Source: Alphaproteobacteria bacterium
Lineage (GTDB): Bacteria > Pseudomonadota > Alphaproteobacteria > SP197
Assembly (NCBI GenBank): GCA_964291415.2
Contig: OZ219917.1
Location: 288,001-352,000 of the forward strand
DNA: 64,000 bases
Direction of reading: 5' to 3'
In this document: positions 18,539 to 28,010 of the stretch, piece by piece
Numbering within the stretch: position 1 is the first letter of the stretch
How the letters are laid out: each line of letters begins with the position of its first letter
Made by a program: the position numbers and the translations under genes
The notes under the pieces: generated by a model
What the model was told of the DNA's origin: nothing
Database searches by the model: none
Seen by the model: only the letters and a program-made list of their open reading frames with translations

Positions 18539-19612
18539 ATGACCATTCGAGTGCGTCACCTTTTGGCGGCATCAGTCGTGACCCTGTCGGCGGTGGGTGC
18601 CCAGGCGGAAGACGCCTGGTATCCCTACGCCGTGGAGAGCTGGGACCCGCCCTTCGACATGTCGAGCCCGCGCACGTCCATCGACTACGTGCCGCTGGAG
18701 AGCGCCAGCCAGGACTGGGAAATCTGCGTGTCCTTTCCGCACATGAAGGATGCCTACTGGCTGGGCGTGAACTACGGAGTCGCCTCCGAGGCCGAGCGGC
18801 TGGGGGTCAACATGCAGCTGGTTGAGGCGGGCGGCTACACCGAGCTCAACACCCAGATCAGCCAGATCGAGGACTGCGTGGCCGCCGGCGCCGATGCCGT
18901 CGTGATCGGCGCGATTTCCTATGACGGCCTCAACAACCTCGTGTCCGAGATCCGTGGACAGGGCCTGCCCGTCATCGACGTCATCAACGGTATGTCGTCG
19001 GGCGAACTGTCGGCGAAATCCCTCGTGTCGTTCGGCGAGATGGGCGGCAAGACCGGCGAGTTCCTCGCCATGACCCATCCGGCGGGAAGCGACCCCGTCA
19101 AGGCCGCCTGGTTCCCGGGCCCGGCCGGTGCGGGCTGGGTCGAGGCGGGGAACGCCGGCTTCATCGGCGCCGTTGAAGGCAGCGCCGTCGAGGTCGTCGA
19201 CACCCGGTACGGCGACACCGGCAAGGAGGCGCAGTCGGCACTGGTCGAGGATGCGCTCGAAACCCACCCGGACCTCGACTACATCGTCGGCACGGCGGTC
19301 ACCGCAGAGGCGGCCATTCCGATCCTGCGCGCGCGCGGCATCAGCGACCGGATCGGCGTCCTGTCCTACTACTTCACGCCTGGCGTCGACCAAGGCATCA
19401 GTCGTGGGCAGATTCTTGCCGCTCCGACCGATTCACCCGTGATCCAGGGCCGGATCGCCATCGACCAGGCGGTTCGCATCCTCGAGGGAGCCGACTACGA
19501 CAAGCATGTCGGGCCGGCGCTCTACGTCGTGACGGCGGACAACCACAAGGACTTCGATTCGTCCTCGACACTGGCACCCGCCGGTTTCAGCCCTGTCTTC
19601 AGGGTCGACTAG
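18539..19612 (+). CDS. Periplasmic substrate-binding protein, TorT-like
   Basis: Signal peptide; ICVSFPHMKDAYWLGVNYG, EAGGY, WFPGP.GAGW, QGRIAIDQAVR typical of TorT-like proteins. Confidence 0.85.
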   Translation: MTIRVRHLLAASVVTLSAVGAQAEDAWYPYAVESWDPPFDMSSPRTSIDYVPLESASQDWEICVSFPHMKDAYWLGVNYGVASEAERLGVNMQLVEAGGYTELNTQISQIEDCVAAGADAVVIGAISYDGLNNLVSEIRGQGLPVIDVINGMSSGELSAKSLVSFGEMGGKTGEFLAMTHPAGSDPVKAAWFPGPAGAGWVEAGNAGFIGAVEGSAVEVVDTRYGDTGKEAQSALVEDALETHPDLDYIVGTAVTAEAAIPILRARGISDRIGVLSYYFTPGVDQGISRGQILAAPTDSPVIQGRIAIDQAVRILEGADYDKHVGPALYVVTADNHKDFDSSSTLAPAGFSPVFRVD

Positions 19613-19619
19613 GCGGTCC

Positions 19620-21131
19620 ATGAAAGGCGAGTCTCTGCCGCTTCTGTCCACCAGGGGAATCTCGAAGGATTTCCCTGGTGTGCGTGCCCTCGACGACGTG
19701 GATTTCGACCTCCTCGAGGGTGAGGTCCACGTTGTCTTCGGCGAAAACGGCGCGGGCAAGTCGACGCTGATCTCCCTGCTCTCCGGGGCCACCAGGCCCT
19801 CCGGGGGCGACATCCGGATGCACGGCGAGCGGATCGAGCTTCATTCCGTCCACGACGCGAGGTCGCGCGGCATCTCGGCCGTGTTCCAGGAATTCTCCCT
19901 CATTCCGCAGATGACGGTCGAGGAGAACCTCTTTCTCGGCGAGGAGCGGCGCCGGGGCATTCTGCTGGACCGGACGAGAATGCGCCAGGAGGCGCGCAGC
20001 CTTCTCGATGATCTCGGCTTTGGACTGTCGCCACAGCGGCCCGTGCACTGGCTCACCAGGGCCGAGCAGCAGATGGTGGAGATTGCCAAGGCCTTCCGTT
20101 CCGATCTGTCCGTGCTCATCCTCGACGAGCCGACCGCCAGCCTCACCGACCCGGAAACCGAACAGCTCTTCGCGCTGATCGGCACCCTCACCGCACGGGG
20201 CGTGGGGATCATCTACGTCACGCACCGCATGGCCGAAATCCGCCGCATCGGGACCCGTATCACGGTCTTGAGGGACGGACGGCGGGTTGCCACCATGCCG
20301 GTTGCCGAGGCGGACGACGAGTCCCTGGTCCGTCTGATGACGGGCCGCGAGGTCGGTCGGATCTTTCCGCCACGGCCCCACGCGACAGGCGGTGAGGAGG
20401 TGCTCGCACTCGAGGGAGTCACGACCGCGGGCGACACGGTCCTCGACGTCTCTCTCCACGTCCGCCGCGGGGAAATCGTCGGCATGGCGGGGCTCGTGGG
20501 ATCGGGCAAGTCGGAGGCCATCCAGGCGGCCTTCGGAGTCCTGCCCGTGAAGGCGGGACGGATTCGCTACAAGGGTTCCGCCGTGACCCGGCGGAGTCCC
20601 GCACGGGCGATCAGGGCCGGCTTCCTCTATCTCCCTGCCGACCGCAAGGAGGAGGGTCTCCTGATGGTACGGCCCGCAAGGGAGAACATGTCCCTGGCGG
20701 CGCTCGACCGGGCTCCCGTGCGCCGGGGACTGTTTCTCGACCGCCGCGCGGAAAGGAGAATTGTCTCGAGGATCGCGGACCATCTCGCGCTCTCGCCCAA
20801 CCGGCCCGAACGTACCGTGGACCACTTCTCGGGTGGCAATCAGCAGAAGGTGATGCTGTCGCGCAGCTTCGCGCAGGACTTCGATCTCATCGTCTTCGAT
20901 GAGCCCACGGTGGGCGTGGACGTGGGAACGCGCGCCGCCATCTACCGGATGATCGTCGATCTCGCGAAGTCGGGCACCGCCATTGTCGTGGTGTCGTCGG
21001 ATCTCCCCGAAATCGTGAATCTCTCGACCCGCGTCTATGTCTTCTACCGGGGCCGCGTGCAGGCAGAATTGACGATGCCGCACATCACCGAGGAAGAGGT
21101 GCTGGCCCACTTCTTCGAACGGGCCGCCTGA
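19620..21131 (+). CDS. Sugar-type (CUT2) ABC transporter ATP-binding protein
   Basis: Two ABC domains; GENGAGKST, LDEPT, FSGGNQQK. Confidence 0.93.
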   Translation: MKGESLPLLSTRGISKDFPGVRALDDVDFDLLEGEVHVVFGENGAGKSTLISLLSGATRPSGGDIRMHGERIELHSVHDARSRGISAVFQEFSLIPQMTVEENLFLGEERRRGILLDRTRMRQEARSLLDDLGFGLSPQRPVHWLTRAEQQMVEIAKAFRSDLSVLILDEPTASLTDPETEQLFALIGTLTARGVGIIYVTHRMAEIRRIGTRITVLRDGRRVATMPVAEADDESLVRLMTGREVGRIFPPRPHATGGEEVLALEGVTTAGDTVLDVSLHVRRGEIVGMAGLVGSGKSEAIQAAFGVLPVKAGRIRYKGSAVTRRSPARAIRAGFLYLPADRKEEGLLMVRPARENMSLAALDRAPVRRGLFLDRRAERRIVSRIADHLALSPNRPERTVDHFSGGNQQKVMLSRSFAQDFDLIVFDEPTVGVDVGTRAAIYRMIVDLAKSGTAIVVVSSDLPEIVNLSTRVYVFYRGRVQAELTMPHITEEEVLAHFFERAA

Positions 21132-22129
21132 TGCCGGGGAAGACTGGCGTTGTGATGAAGAGGCTCTTCGTCCGGCTCGGCATCCTGCCGTTTCTCCTGG
21201 TGATCGCGGTGATCATCTTCGCCCTCATGTCGGACAACTTCCTGACGTCGCGCAACCTGATGAACGTGCTCCGCCAGTCGGTCTTCCTGACCATCGTCTC
21301 GCTGGGACAGATGCTCGCCCTGCTTTCGGGTGGATTCGATCTTTCGGTCGGAACCATCGTCGCGGTGTCCTCGGTCGTCGGCGCCCTCGCCATGGCCGGG
21401 CTCCATGCCGCCATGCCCGAGGCGATCACGCTCACCATTGCGCTGGGCTGTCTCGCCGGCATCCTCGCCGGAACGATGATCGGCGTGGCGAACGCCGTGG
21501 GCGTTGCCTTCTTCAGGGTGTCGCCCTTCATGATGTCGCTGGGCATGGCCTCGGTCGGCTTCGGCATCGCCCTCTATCTGACCGGAGGCGTCCCGGTCTA
21601 CGGCATGCCTGTCGAGTTCGGCGACGTCTTCGGTTTCGGCTCCTGGGCCGGGGTGCCGTCGCCGGTCTGGATCGCCGCCTTGCTGATCCTGCTGATGGCG
21701 GCCCTGCTCTACGGAACACCGTGGGGCCGGCACTTCTACGCCGTGGGAGGCAACGCGAAGGCTGCACACCTTTCGGGTATCAACGTGACCGGGACGCTGT
21801 TCTGCACCTATGTCCTGTGCGCGCTGTTGGCCGCAATCGCCGGGATGCTCCTGACCGCGCGCCTCGATACCGGGGAGGCGAACATCGGTGCCTCGCTGCC
21901 GCTGGAAAGCATCGCGGCCTGCGTGATCGCCGGGGTCTCGCTCAGGGGCGGGATCGGTCGGGTCGAGAACGTGGTGCTCGGAGCCCTCTTCATCGGCCTG
22001 ATCCAGAACGGCATGAACCTGGCGCGGATCGAGAGCTACCTGCAAACGGTGGTTCTCGGCTCACTGCTCATTCTCGCCGTCGTCGCCGACCAGATTCGCC
22101 TGCGCTACGTCGCCTCGCTGAAGAACTGA
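21131..22129 (+). CDS. ABC transporter permease (RbsC-like)
   Basis: GGFDLSVG, GRHFYAVGGN..AAHLSGI, LESIAACVIAG.SL.GG.G. Confidence 0.93.
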   Translation: MPGKTGVVMKRLFVRLGILPFLLVIAVIIFALMSDNFLTSRNLMNVLRQSVFLTIVSLGQMLALLSGGFDLSVGTIVAVSSVVGALAMAGLHAAMPEAITLTIALGCLAGILAGTMIGVANAVGVAFFRVSPFMMSLGMASVGFGIALYLTGGVPVYGMPVEFGDVFGFGSWAGVPSPVWIAALLILLMAALLYGTPWGRHFYAVGGNAKAAHLSGINVTGTLFCTYVLCALLAAIAGMLLTARLDTGEANIGASLPLESIAACVIAGVSLRGGIGRVENVVLGALFIGLIQNGMNLARIESYLQTVVLGSLLILAVVADQIRLRYVASLKN

Positions 22130-22142
22130 AGGGAGACAGCGA

Positions 22143-22871
22143 ATGCTTGCCGACATCAACTGCGACATGGGTGAAAGCTTCGGTCTCTACACCTTCGGCA
22201 ACGATGCGGCGATCATGCCGTACATCACCCAGGCGAACATTGCCTGCGGCTACCACGGCTCCGATCCCAATCACATGGCGCAGACCGTCGAACTGGCGCG
22301 CGAACACGGCGTTCGCGTCGGCGCGCATGTCTCGCTGCCGGACCTCGCCGGCTTCGGACGCCGGGAAATGAAGGTCGGGCGCGAGGAACTGCGGAACATC
22401 ATTCTCTACCAGGTCGGCGCGCTGACGGCCTTTCTCAGGCAGGCCGGCACCGATCTCTCCCACATCAAGCCTCACGGCGCCCTCTACGGCATGGCCGCAA
22501 GCCAGGCGCATATCGCCGAAGCGGTGGCCGACGCCGCACTCGTCTACGGCATGCCGGTGATGGGTCTCAGCGGCACGCTCCACGAGACGGTGTACAGGTC
22601 CCGGGGCATCGACTTCCTGGCCGAGTTCTTCGTCGATCTCGAGTATGCCGACGACGGCAGGCTGATCATCACCAGGAGTCACGATGCGGTCGATCCGACC
22701 GCTGCCGCAGAGCGCGCCAGGAAGGCCGTTCTCGGCGGCACCCTGACGACGGCGGGCGGCAGGACGCTCAAGGTTCATGCCGAGACGGTCTGCGTGCACT
22801 CCGACACACCCAACGCCGTCGAGGTCGCCGCGGCGGTGCGCGACGCGCTGGCGGAACCGGACCATTCATGA
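22143..22871 (+). CDS. pxpA: LamB/YcsF family protein (5-oxoprolinase subunit PxpA-like)
   Basis: DINCDMGESFG, ANIACGYH, HIKPHGALY, TVCVHSDTP. Confidence 0.88.
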   Translation: MLADINCDMGESFGLYTFGNDAAIMPYITQANIACGYHGSDPNHMAQTVELAREHGVRVGAHVSLPDLAGFGRREMKVGREELRNIILYQVGALTAFLRQAGTDLSHIKPHGALYGMAASQAHIAEAVADAALVYGMPVMGLSGTLHETVYRSRGIDFLAEFFVDLEYADDGRLIITRSHDAVDPTAAAERARKAVLGGTLTTAGGRTLKVHAETVCVHSDTPNAVEVAAAVRDALAEPDHS

Positions 22872-22887
22872 CTTCAGGGAGTGACCT

Positions 22888-23124
22888 ATGGACAAGGACA
22901 TCAGGAGCCGTATTCCCGGCACGTTCTACCGCAGGCCGTCACCCGGGGAGCCGCCCTACAAGGACGCCGGCGACGCCGTGGCGAAGGGAGACGTCGTCGG
23001 ACTGATCGAAGTCATGAAAACGTTCCACGAGATCAGGTCGGACATCGAGGGAACGATCGATCGCTTCGTCGTCGAGGACGGCGAACCGGTGATGGCGGGC
23101 CAGACCCTGGCGGTGCTCGCCTGA
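22888..23124 (+). CDS. Biotin carboxyl carrier protein
   Basis: PGTFYRRPSP, EVMKTF biotinylation motif (MK). Confidence 0.9.
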   Translation: MDKDIRSRIPGTFYRRPSPGEPPYKDAGDAVAKGDVVGLIEVMKTFHEIRSDIEGTIDRFVVEDGEPVMAGQTLAVLA

Positions 23125-24512
23125 TGGCGATCGGCAAGCTCCTCGTCGCCAACCGGGGCGAGATCGCGGTGCGGATCATCCGCGCCGCACGGGACCTCGG
23201 GATCCCCAGTGTGCAGGTCCATTCGGCGGCGGACGCCGACATGCTCGCTGTCAGACTCGCCGACGAGTCAGTGGAAATCGGGCCTGCACCGGCCTCCCGG
23301 TCCTATCTCGATACCGATGCCGTGCTGCGGGCAGCCCGGGCGACGGGGGCGGATGCCGTGCACCCCGGTTACGGCTTCCTCGCGGAGAACGCCGTCTTCG
23401 CCGAAGCCGTGCGGGACGCGGGACTGACCTTTGTCGGACCGTCCGCGGAAACGATCCGCCTCATGGGCGACAAGGCCGCGGCACGCGCCTGCGCCGTCGA
23501 CGCCGGCGTGGCCACCGTTCCCGGCAGCGGCGGCGTCATCGCCAACATGGGCGAGGCCGGTGCGCTCGCACGCGACCTGGGTTTCCCGGTCATGATCAAG
23601 GCCGCCGCCGGTGGCGGCGGACGCGGCATCCGCGTAGCCGACGATCCCCGGGAGTTCGAGCGCCTTGCATCGCAAGCGTCGACGGAAGCGAAGGCGGCGT
23701 TCGGCGACGGCGGCATCTACATCGAGAAGGTCATTCACGACGCCCGGCACATCGAGGTCCAGATTCTCGGCGACGGCAGGAACGCCGTTCACTGCTGGGA
23801 ACGCGAATGCTCGCTGCAGCGGCGGCGGCAGAAGATCTGGGAGGAAGCTCCCTCGACCGCCCTGGACGACGGCCTTCGAGACACTCTCTGCCGGTCCGCC
23901 TGCACCCTGGCCCGATCGGTCGCCTACTCGGGCGCCGGCACGGTCGAGTACCTCTTCGACGGGCGCACGGGGGCGTTCTACTTCATCGAAATGAACACCC
24001 GCATCCAGGTGGAACACCCGGTGACCGAGATGATCACCGGCCTCGATCTCGTGGCCGAGATGATCCGGATCGCCGAAGGCGAACCGCTGCGCCTGCGCCA
24101 GGAAGACATCCGCCGCACCGGGCACGCCATCGAGGTGCGCCTCAATGCCGAGGATCCGGCCAGCGATTTCATGCCGTTCCCGGGGACCGTGTCCGAATTG
24201 GCGCTGCCGGACGGACCCGGGGTCAGGGTCGATCACTGCCTCTACCCGGGATACACGGTCCCCCCCTTCTACGATTCGCTGCTGGGAAAGCTGATCGTCC
24301 ACGGCGAGACCCGGGACCACGCGCTCCGGCGCCTCGCCCGGTCGCTTGCGGAACTCAAGATCGGGGGACTCGCCACCACGGCGCCGCTCTTCGGCGCGTT
24401 GTTGGAGGAGTCCGACATCCGCGACAACGCCGTCCACACCGGTTGGCTCGAGCACTGGCTTGCGTCCGGCGCGATGACATCCGTTCAAGACCAGGGAGGC
24501 AGGGCCACATGA
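23124..24512 (+). CDS. Biotin carboxylase (AccC-like)
   Basis: LVANRGEIA, HPGYGFLAEN, GGGGRG, EMNTRIQVEHPVTE, YDSLLGKLI; ATG at 23124 overlaps BCCP stop. Confidence 0.95.
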   Translation: MAIGKLLVANRGEIAVRIIRAARDLGIPSVQVHSAADADMLAVRLADESVEIGPAPASRSYLDTDAVLRAARATGADAVHPGYGFLAENAVFAEAVRDAGLTFVGPSAETIRLMGDKAAARACAVDAGVATVPGSGGVIANMGEAGALARDLGFPVMIKAAAGGGGRGIRVADDPREFERLASQASTEAKAAFGDGGIYIEKVIHDARHIEVQILGDGRNAVHCWERECSLQRRRQKIWEEAPSTALDDGLRDTLCRSACTLARSVAYSGAGTVEYLFDGRTGAFYFIEMNTRIQVEHPVTEMITGLDLVAEMIRIAEGEPLRLRQEDIRRTGHAIEVRLNAEDPASDFMPFPGTVSELALPDGPGVRVDHCLYPGYTVPPFYDSLLGKLIVHGETRDHALRRLARSLAELKIGGLATTAPLFGALLEESDIRDNAVHTGWLEHWLASGAMTSVQDQGGRAT

Positions 24513-25384
24513 GCTGTCGCTATGCATTCGGTGGCGACGAGCATCTGTTCGTCGAAGTCGATGAGGCCATGTCACTCGAGGCATTCTTCGTGTCTCTTGC
24601 CATCACCAACACCCTGCGCGAGGCCGCGATCGAGGGCGTCACCGAGATCTGTCCCGCCAACGCGTCCTTCCAGGTCAAGTTTGACCCTGACCGGATCCAT
24701 CCCTCGCGGCTGCTCGGCATGGTGAAGGAGATCGAGAGCGACGCCGCCGGCGCCGACTCGCAGCTCGACACCAGAATCATCGAGATCCCGGTCTACTACC
24801 AGGATCCCTGGACCCACGAGACCCTGATGCGCTTTCGCGAACGGCACCAGGACCCCGACAGCACCGATATCGAGTATGCCGCCAGGATCAACGGCTACCA
24901 CGATGTCGCCGCCTTCATCGAAGCCCATTCCGGCGCGCCCTGGTTCGTCTCGATGGTGGGTTTCGTGTCGGGTCTTCCATTCCTCTACCAGATGGTCGAC
25001 CGGCCCCGGCAGATCCAGGTGCCGAAGTACCTTCGCCCCCGCACGGATACGCCGAAACTGACCGTCGGCTACGGCGGCTGCTTTTCCTGCATCTATTCGG
25101 TCCGTGGCGCCGGCGGCTACCAGATGTTCGGCATCACGCCGATGCCGATCTACGACCCGGAGCAGCAGGTCAGCCACCTCAGGGACTTCATGGTCTTCTT
25201 CCGCCCGGGCGACATCGTCACATGGGCTCCCATCGACCGCGCCGGATACGACGCGACGGTCGAGGCCGTCGCCGAAGGGACGTTCGAGCCGCGCGTGCGC
25301 GGCGTGACCTTCAATCTTGACGAGTTCAACGCCGATATCGACGGCACCAATGCCAGACTCATGGAGGCGCTCCATGGCGATTGA
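24509..25384 (+). CDS. pxpB: Carboxyltransferase subunit, PxpB / allophanate hydrolase subunit 1 family
   Basis: RYAFGGDEH, IPVYY.DPWT, MVGFVSGLP, YSVRGAGGYQMFGITP. Confidence 0.85.
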   Translation: MSCRYAFGGDEHLFVEVDEAMSLEAFFVSLAITNTLREAAIEGVTEICPANASFQVKFDPDRIHPSRLLGMVKEIESDAAGADSQLDTRIIEIPVYYQDPWTHETLMRFRERHQDPDSTDIEYAARINGYHDVAAFIEAHSGAPWFVSMVGFVSGLPFLYQMVDRPRQIQVPKYLRPRTDTPKLTVGYGGCFSCIYSVRGAGGYQMFGITPMPIYDPEQQVSHLRDFMVFFRPGDIVTWAPIDRAGYDATVEAVAEGTFEPRVRGVTFNLDEFNADIDGTNARLMEALHGD

Positions 25385-26348
25385 AGTCCTCTCCCCGGGA
25401 ATCCTCACGACCATCCAGGACCTGGGCCGTCCCGGCTTCTATCATCTGGGGATTCCGATGGGCGGAGCGATGGATCGCCTGGCCCTCAGGGCCGCCAATC
25501 TCCTGGTCGGCAATGCCGAAGGCGCGGCCGGACTCGAAACGGTCTTCATGGGACCGGACCTGGAGTTCACCGAGGATGCCACCGTCGCCGTCTGCGGCGC
25601 CGAGCTGCCACCCACGGTCAACGGAGCCGAACGGCCCACCTGGACGGCTTTCGACGTGAGGGCCGGGGACGTGCTTGGTTTCGACTATCTGCGGTCCGGC
25701 GCGCGCGCCTACATTGCCATCTCCGGCGGCATCGAGACGCCGCCGGCGCTGGGAAGCCGGTCGACCTATGCCATCGGCGCCCTCGGCGGTCTCGAGGGCC
25801 GGGCTCTGGCGGCCGGCGATACGCTTCCCGTCGGCACCACGAAGGCGGACGGGCGGGCCGGCAGGTCCGTTCCACAGGCGCTGCGTCGCGGAGCGGGGCC
25901 GGCGCCGGAGCTGCGCATGCTGCCGGGGCTCTACTGGCATCGCGTCACGCAGGCTTCGCAGGACGCGTTCTTCGAGGATACCTGGAAGGTCGCCAACGAG
26001 GCCGACCGCATGGGCTACCGCTTCCAGGGAGGCCGGACGATGGAGTTCGTCGAACGCGAACAGCCCTTCGGCGCGGGCTCGGACCCCTCGAACATCACCG
26101 ACGCCTGCTACCCCTATGGATCCGTCCAGGTGCCGAGCGGCGCCGAACCCATCGTCCTCCACCGCGATGCGGTGTCGGGCGGAGGGTACTTCATGATCGG
26201 CACCGTCATCTCGGCGGACATGGACCTTGTCGGACAGCTGCAGCCCAACACGACCATGCGGTTCGTGCGCACCGACATGGAGTCCGCACTGGCCGCCCGG
26301 GCCGAGCGTTCCGCCATCCTGGCCGCGCTGCGCCAGGCGGTAGCCTGA
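25374..26348 (+). CDS. pxpC: Carboxyltransferase subunit, PxpC / allophanate hydrolase subunit 2 family
   Basis: PGILTTIQDLGRPG, GGAMD, ANLLVGN, GSRSTY, DRMGYR, GGGY. Confidence 0.87.
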   Translation: MAIEVLSPGILTTIQDLGRPGFYHLGIPMGGAMDRLALRAANLLVGNAEGAAGLETVFMGPDLEFTEDATVAVCGAELPPTVNGAERPTWTAFDVRAGDVLGFDYLRSGARAYIAISGGIETPPALGSRSTYAIGALGGLEGRALAAGDTLPVGTTKADGRAGRSVPQALRRGAGPAPELRMLPGLYWHRVTQASQDAFFEDTWKVANEADRMGYRFQGGRTMEFVEREQPFGAGSDPSNITDACYPYGSVQVPSGAEPIVLHRDAVSGGGYFMIGTVISADMDLVGQLQPNTTMRFVRTDMESALAARAERSAILAALRQAVA

Positions 26349-26372
26349 CGAGGGCGTCGCGCGAACGGGGGA

Positions 26373-27521
26373 TCAGGTCCCGGCCAGCGTACGGCCGAGA
26401 TAGGCGTAGAACTGTGCGAGAGTCTTCTCGAAAGGCGAGAGCGGACCCCGGGGCGCCTTGCGGCTTCTCATGGTGCGCGCGAGTTCGGTCGTCGCCAGGG
26501 CGTCCTCGGCGTTGACCTTCTCGATGAGTTCGGCGCGCGCCCGCATGGTTTCGGGATCGCTCGACACCAGGTCATTCCAGACGAGGTAGCCGCCCAGCAC
26601 ACGGGTCCGGTCCGGGCCGTCGGGGCGGAAGGAGAGCCAGTTGTTGGAGCCGGCACGCATCGCCATGGTGAAGGCGGGAAAGACATAGACGAGATAGCCG
26701 GTCTCCCGTTCCTCGCGCGTCAGGCTCGCCAGGTCGCCTCGCGGATTGAGCGGGTGATCGGATGCACCCAGAAACTCCTCGCCGATCCTGCAGCGTTCGT
26801 GCGTGAAGGTGTGATCGACCTCAGGGTGCTCGGGAAAGTAGGTCCCCTTAGCCGGCATCTGCACGCCTACGGTGCCGGCATGCAGGCCAACGTGATGGTA
26901 GTACTCCATGGAATTCTCGGCCGAGAGTTTCCAGTTTCCGTCCCACGTGGTCTCGTAGTGGAAGACCTCGGTCTGATCCTCGATGCGGTAGTTGGCCGTC
27001 GCCCGTCCCATGGGCGCCATGGTGACCTCGAGGGGATCGGCATCGTCGTCAAGGTTGACGAACAGGAACCCCCGCCAGCTCTCCAGGCGGTATTCGGGAA
27101 GACGGCATCGGGCCCTCTCGAAGACCGTGCTTCCTTCCATGTGCGGCGCGCCGATCAGGCGGCCGTCGGTGCCGTAGGTCCAGGAGTGGTAGGGACAGAC
27201 GAAGCGGCTGGCATGGCCCTTGCCCGTCACCACCGGCATGGCCCGGTGGCGGCACGCCGTGTTGAGCGCGCGAAGAACGCCGTCCGTGCCCCTGACGATC
27301 ACCACCGGCTCGCCCATGACATCGATGGTGTAGTAGTCCCCCGGCCGCGGCGCGTATTCCTCGCGGCCGACGCACAGCCACGAGCGCTCGAAGATGGTGG
27401 CGACCTCGAGAGCCGAAAGGTCCTCCGAGAGATAGGCATCGGGAGGCAGCGACACGCACGAGTTCTCCGGCACACCGACATAGCGCGCAAGTTCGTCAAG
27501 CAGCTCGTCGAGACTCGTCAT
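26373..27521 (-). CDS. Rieske non-heme iron oxygenase alpha subunit (choline monooxygenase/CntA-like group)
   Basis: CRHR...CPYHSW Rieske motif; NWKLSAENSMEYYHHVGLH mononuclear iron site. Confidence 0.88.
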   Translation of the reverse strand: MTSLDELLDELARYVGVPENSCVSLPPDAYLSEDLSALEVATIFERSWLCVGREEYAPRPGDYYTIDVMGEPVVIVRGTDGVLRALNTACRHRAMPVVTGKGHASRFVCPYHSWTYGTDGRLIGAPHMEGSTVFERARCRLPEYRLESWRGFLFVNLDDDADPLEVTMAPMGRATANYRIEDQTEVFHYETTWDGNWKLSAENSMEYYHHVGLHAGTVGVQMPAKGTYFPEHPEVDHTFTHERCRIGEEFLGASDHPLNPRGDLASLTREERETGYLVYVFPAFTMAMRAGSNNWLSFRPDGPDRTRVLGGYLVWNDLVSSDPETMRARAELIEKVNAEDALATTELARTMRSRKAPRGPLSPFEKTLAQFYAYLGRTLAGT

Positions 27522-28010
27522 GGGCGTTCCTTTCCCCGCCGGCATCGTCGCCAAACACCCCGGATGAGGCAAGACCCGTGTCGGTTCGTGACATCAAGCT
27601 CACCGGCACGCGCCAGGCATGACGGAGTTCGTCCTTGAGACGTGCGGTGGCTGTGACGACCTGTCCTGGCGGGATCCTTCATGTTACCGCGACGCAGGAA
27701 CGTCTTGGTGCAGGCCCGGCGGCGCTCATGGACCCGTGCCCATCTTTCCGGTGAGGACGGGGAGGTTCGAACGCGCCCCGCCTTCAGAGAGGGAACTCTG
27801 TCGTCGACTTGATCTCCTCCATGGATAGCAGGGAGGTAATTTTGAAAATCTTCACCTGGGATTCGCACCCACCGGGACAACGCGCCTTTTCGCAGCAGGC
27901 GCACCGAGAAGAGGTGCCTGGCCTCGGCTGCGTCCACAGTCTGGATCGGCGAGGTGTGCGATCGCGAAACGGATCGCCGCGCCGTTCCTGCACATCGCGC
28001 CCCTCGGCGA

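Noticed and set aside
27522-28010. ~490-bp intergenic region examined for a riboswitch, sRNA or small gene
   Set aside because: Only weak hairpins; no recognisable RNA motif or credible ORF.
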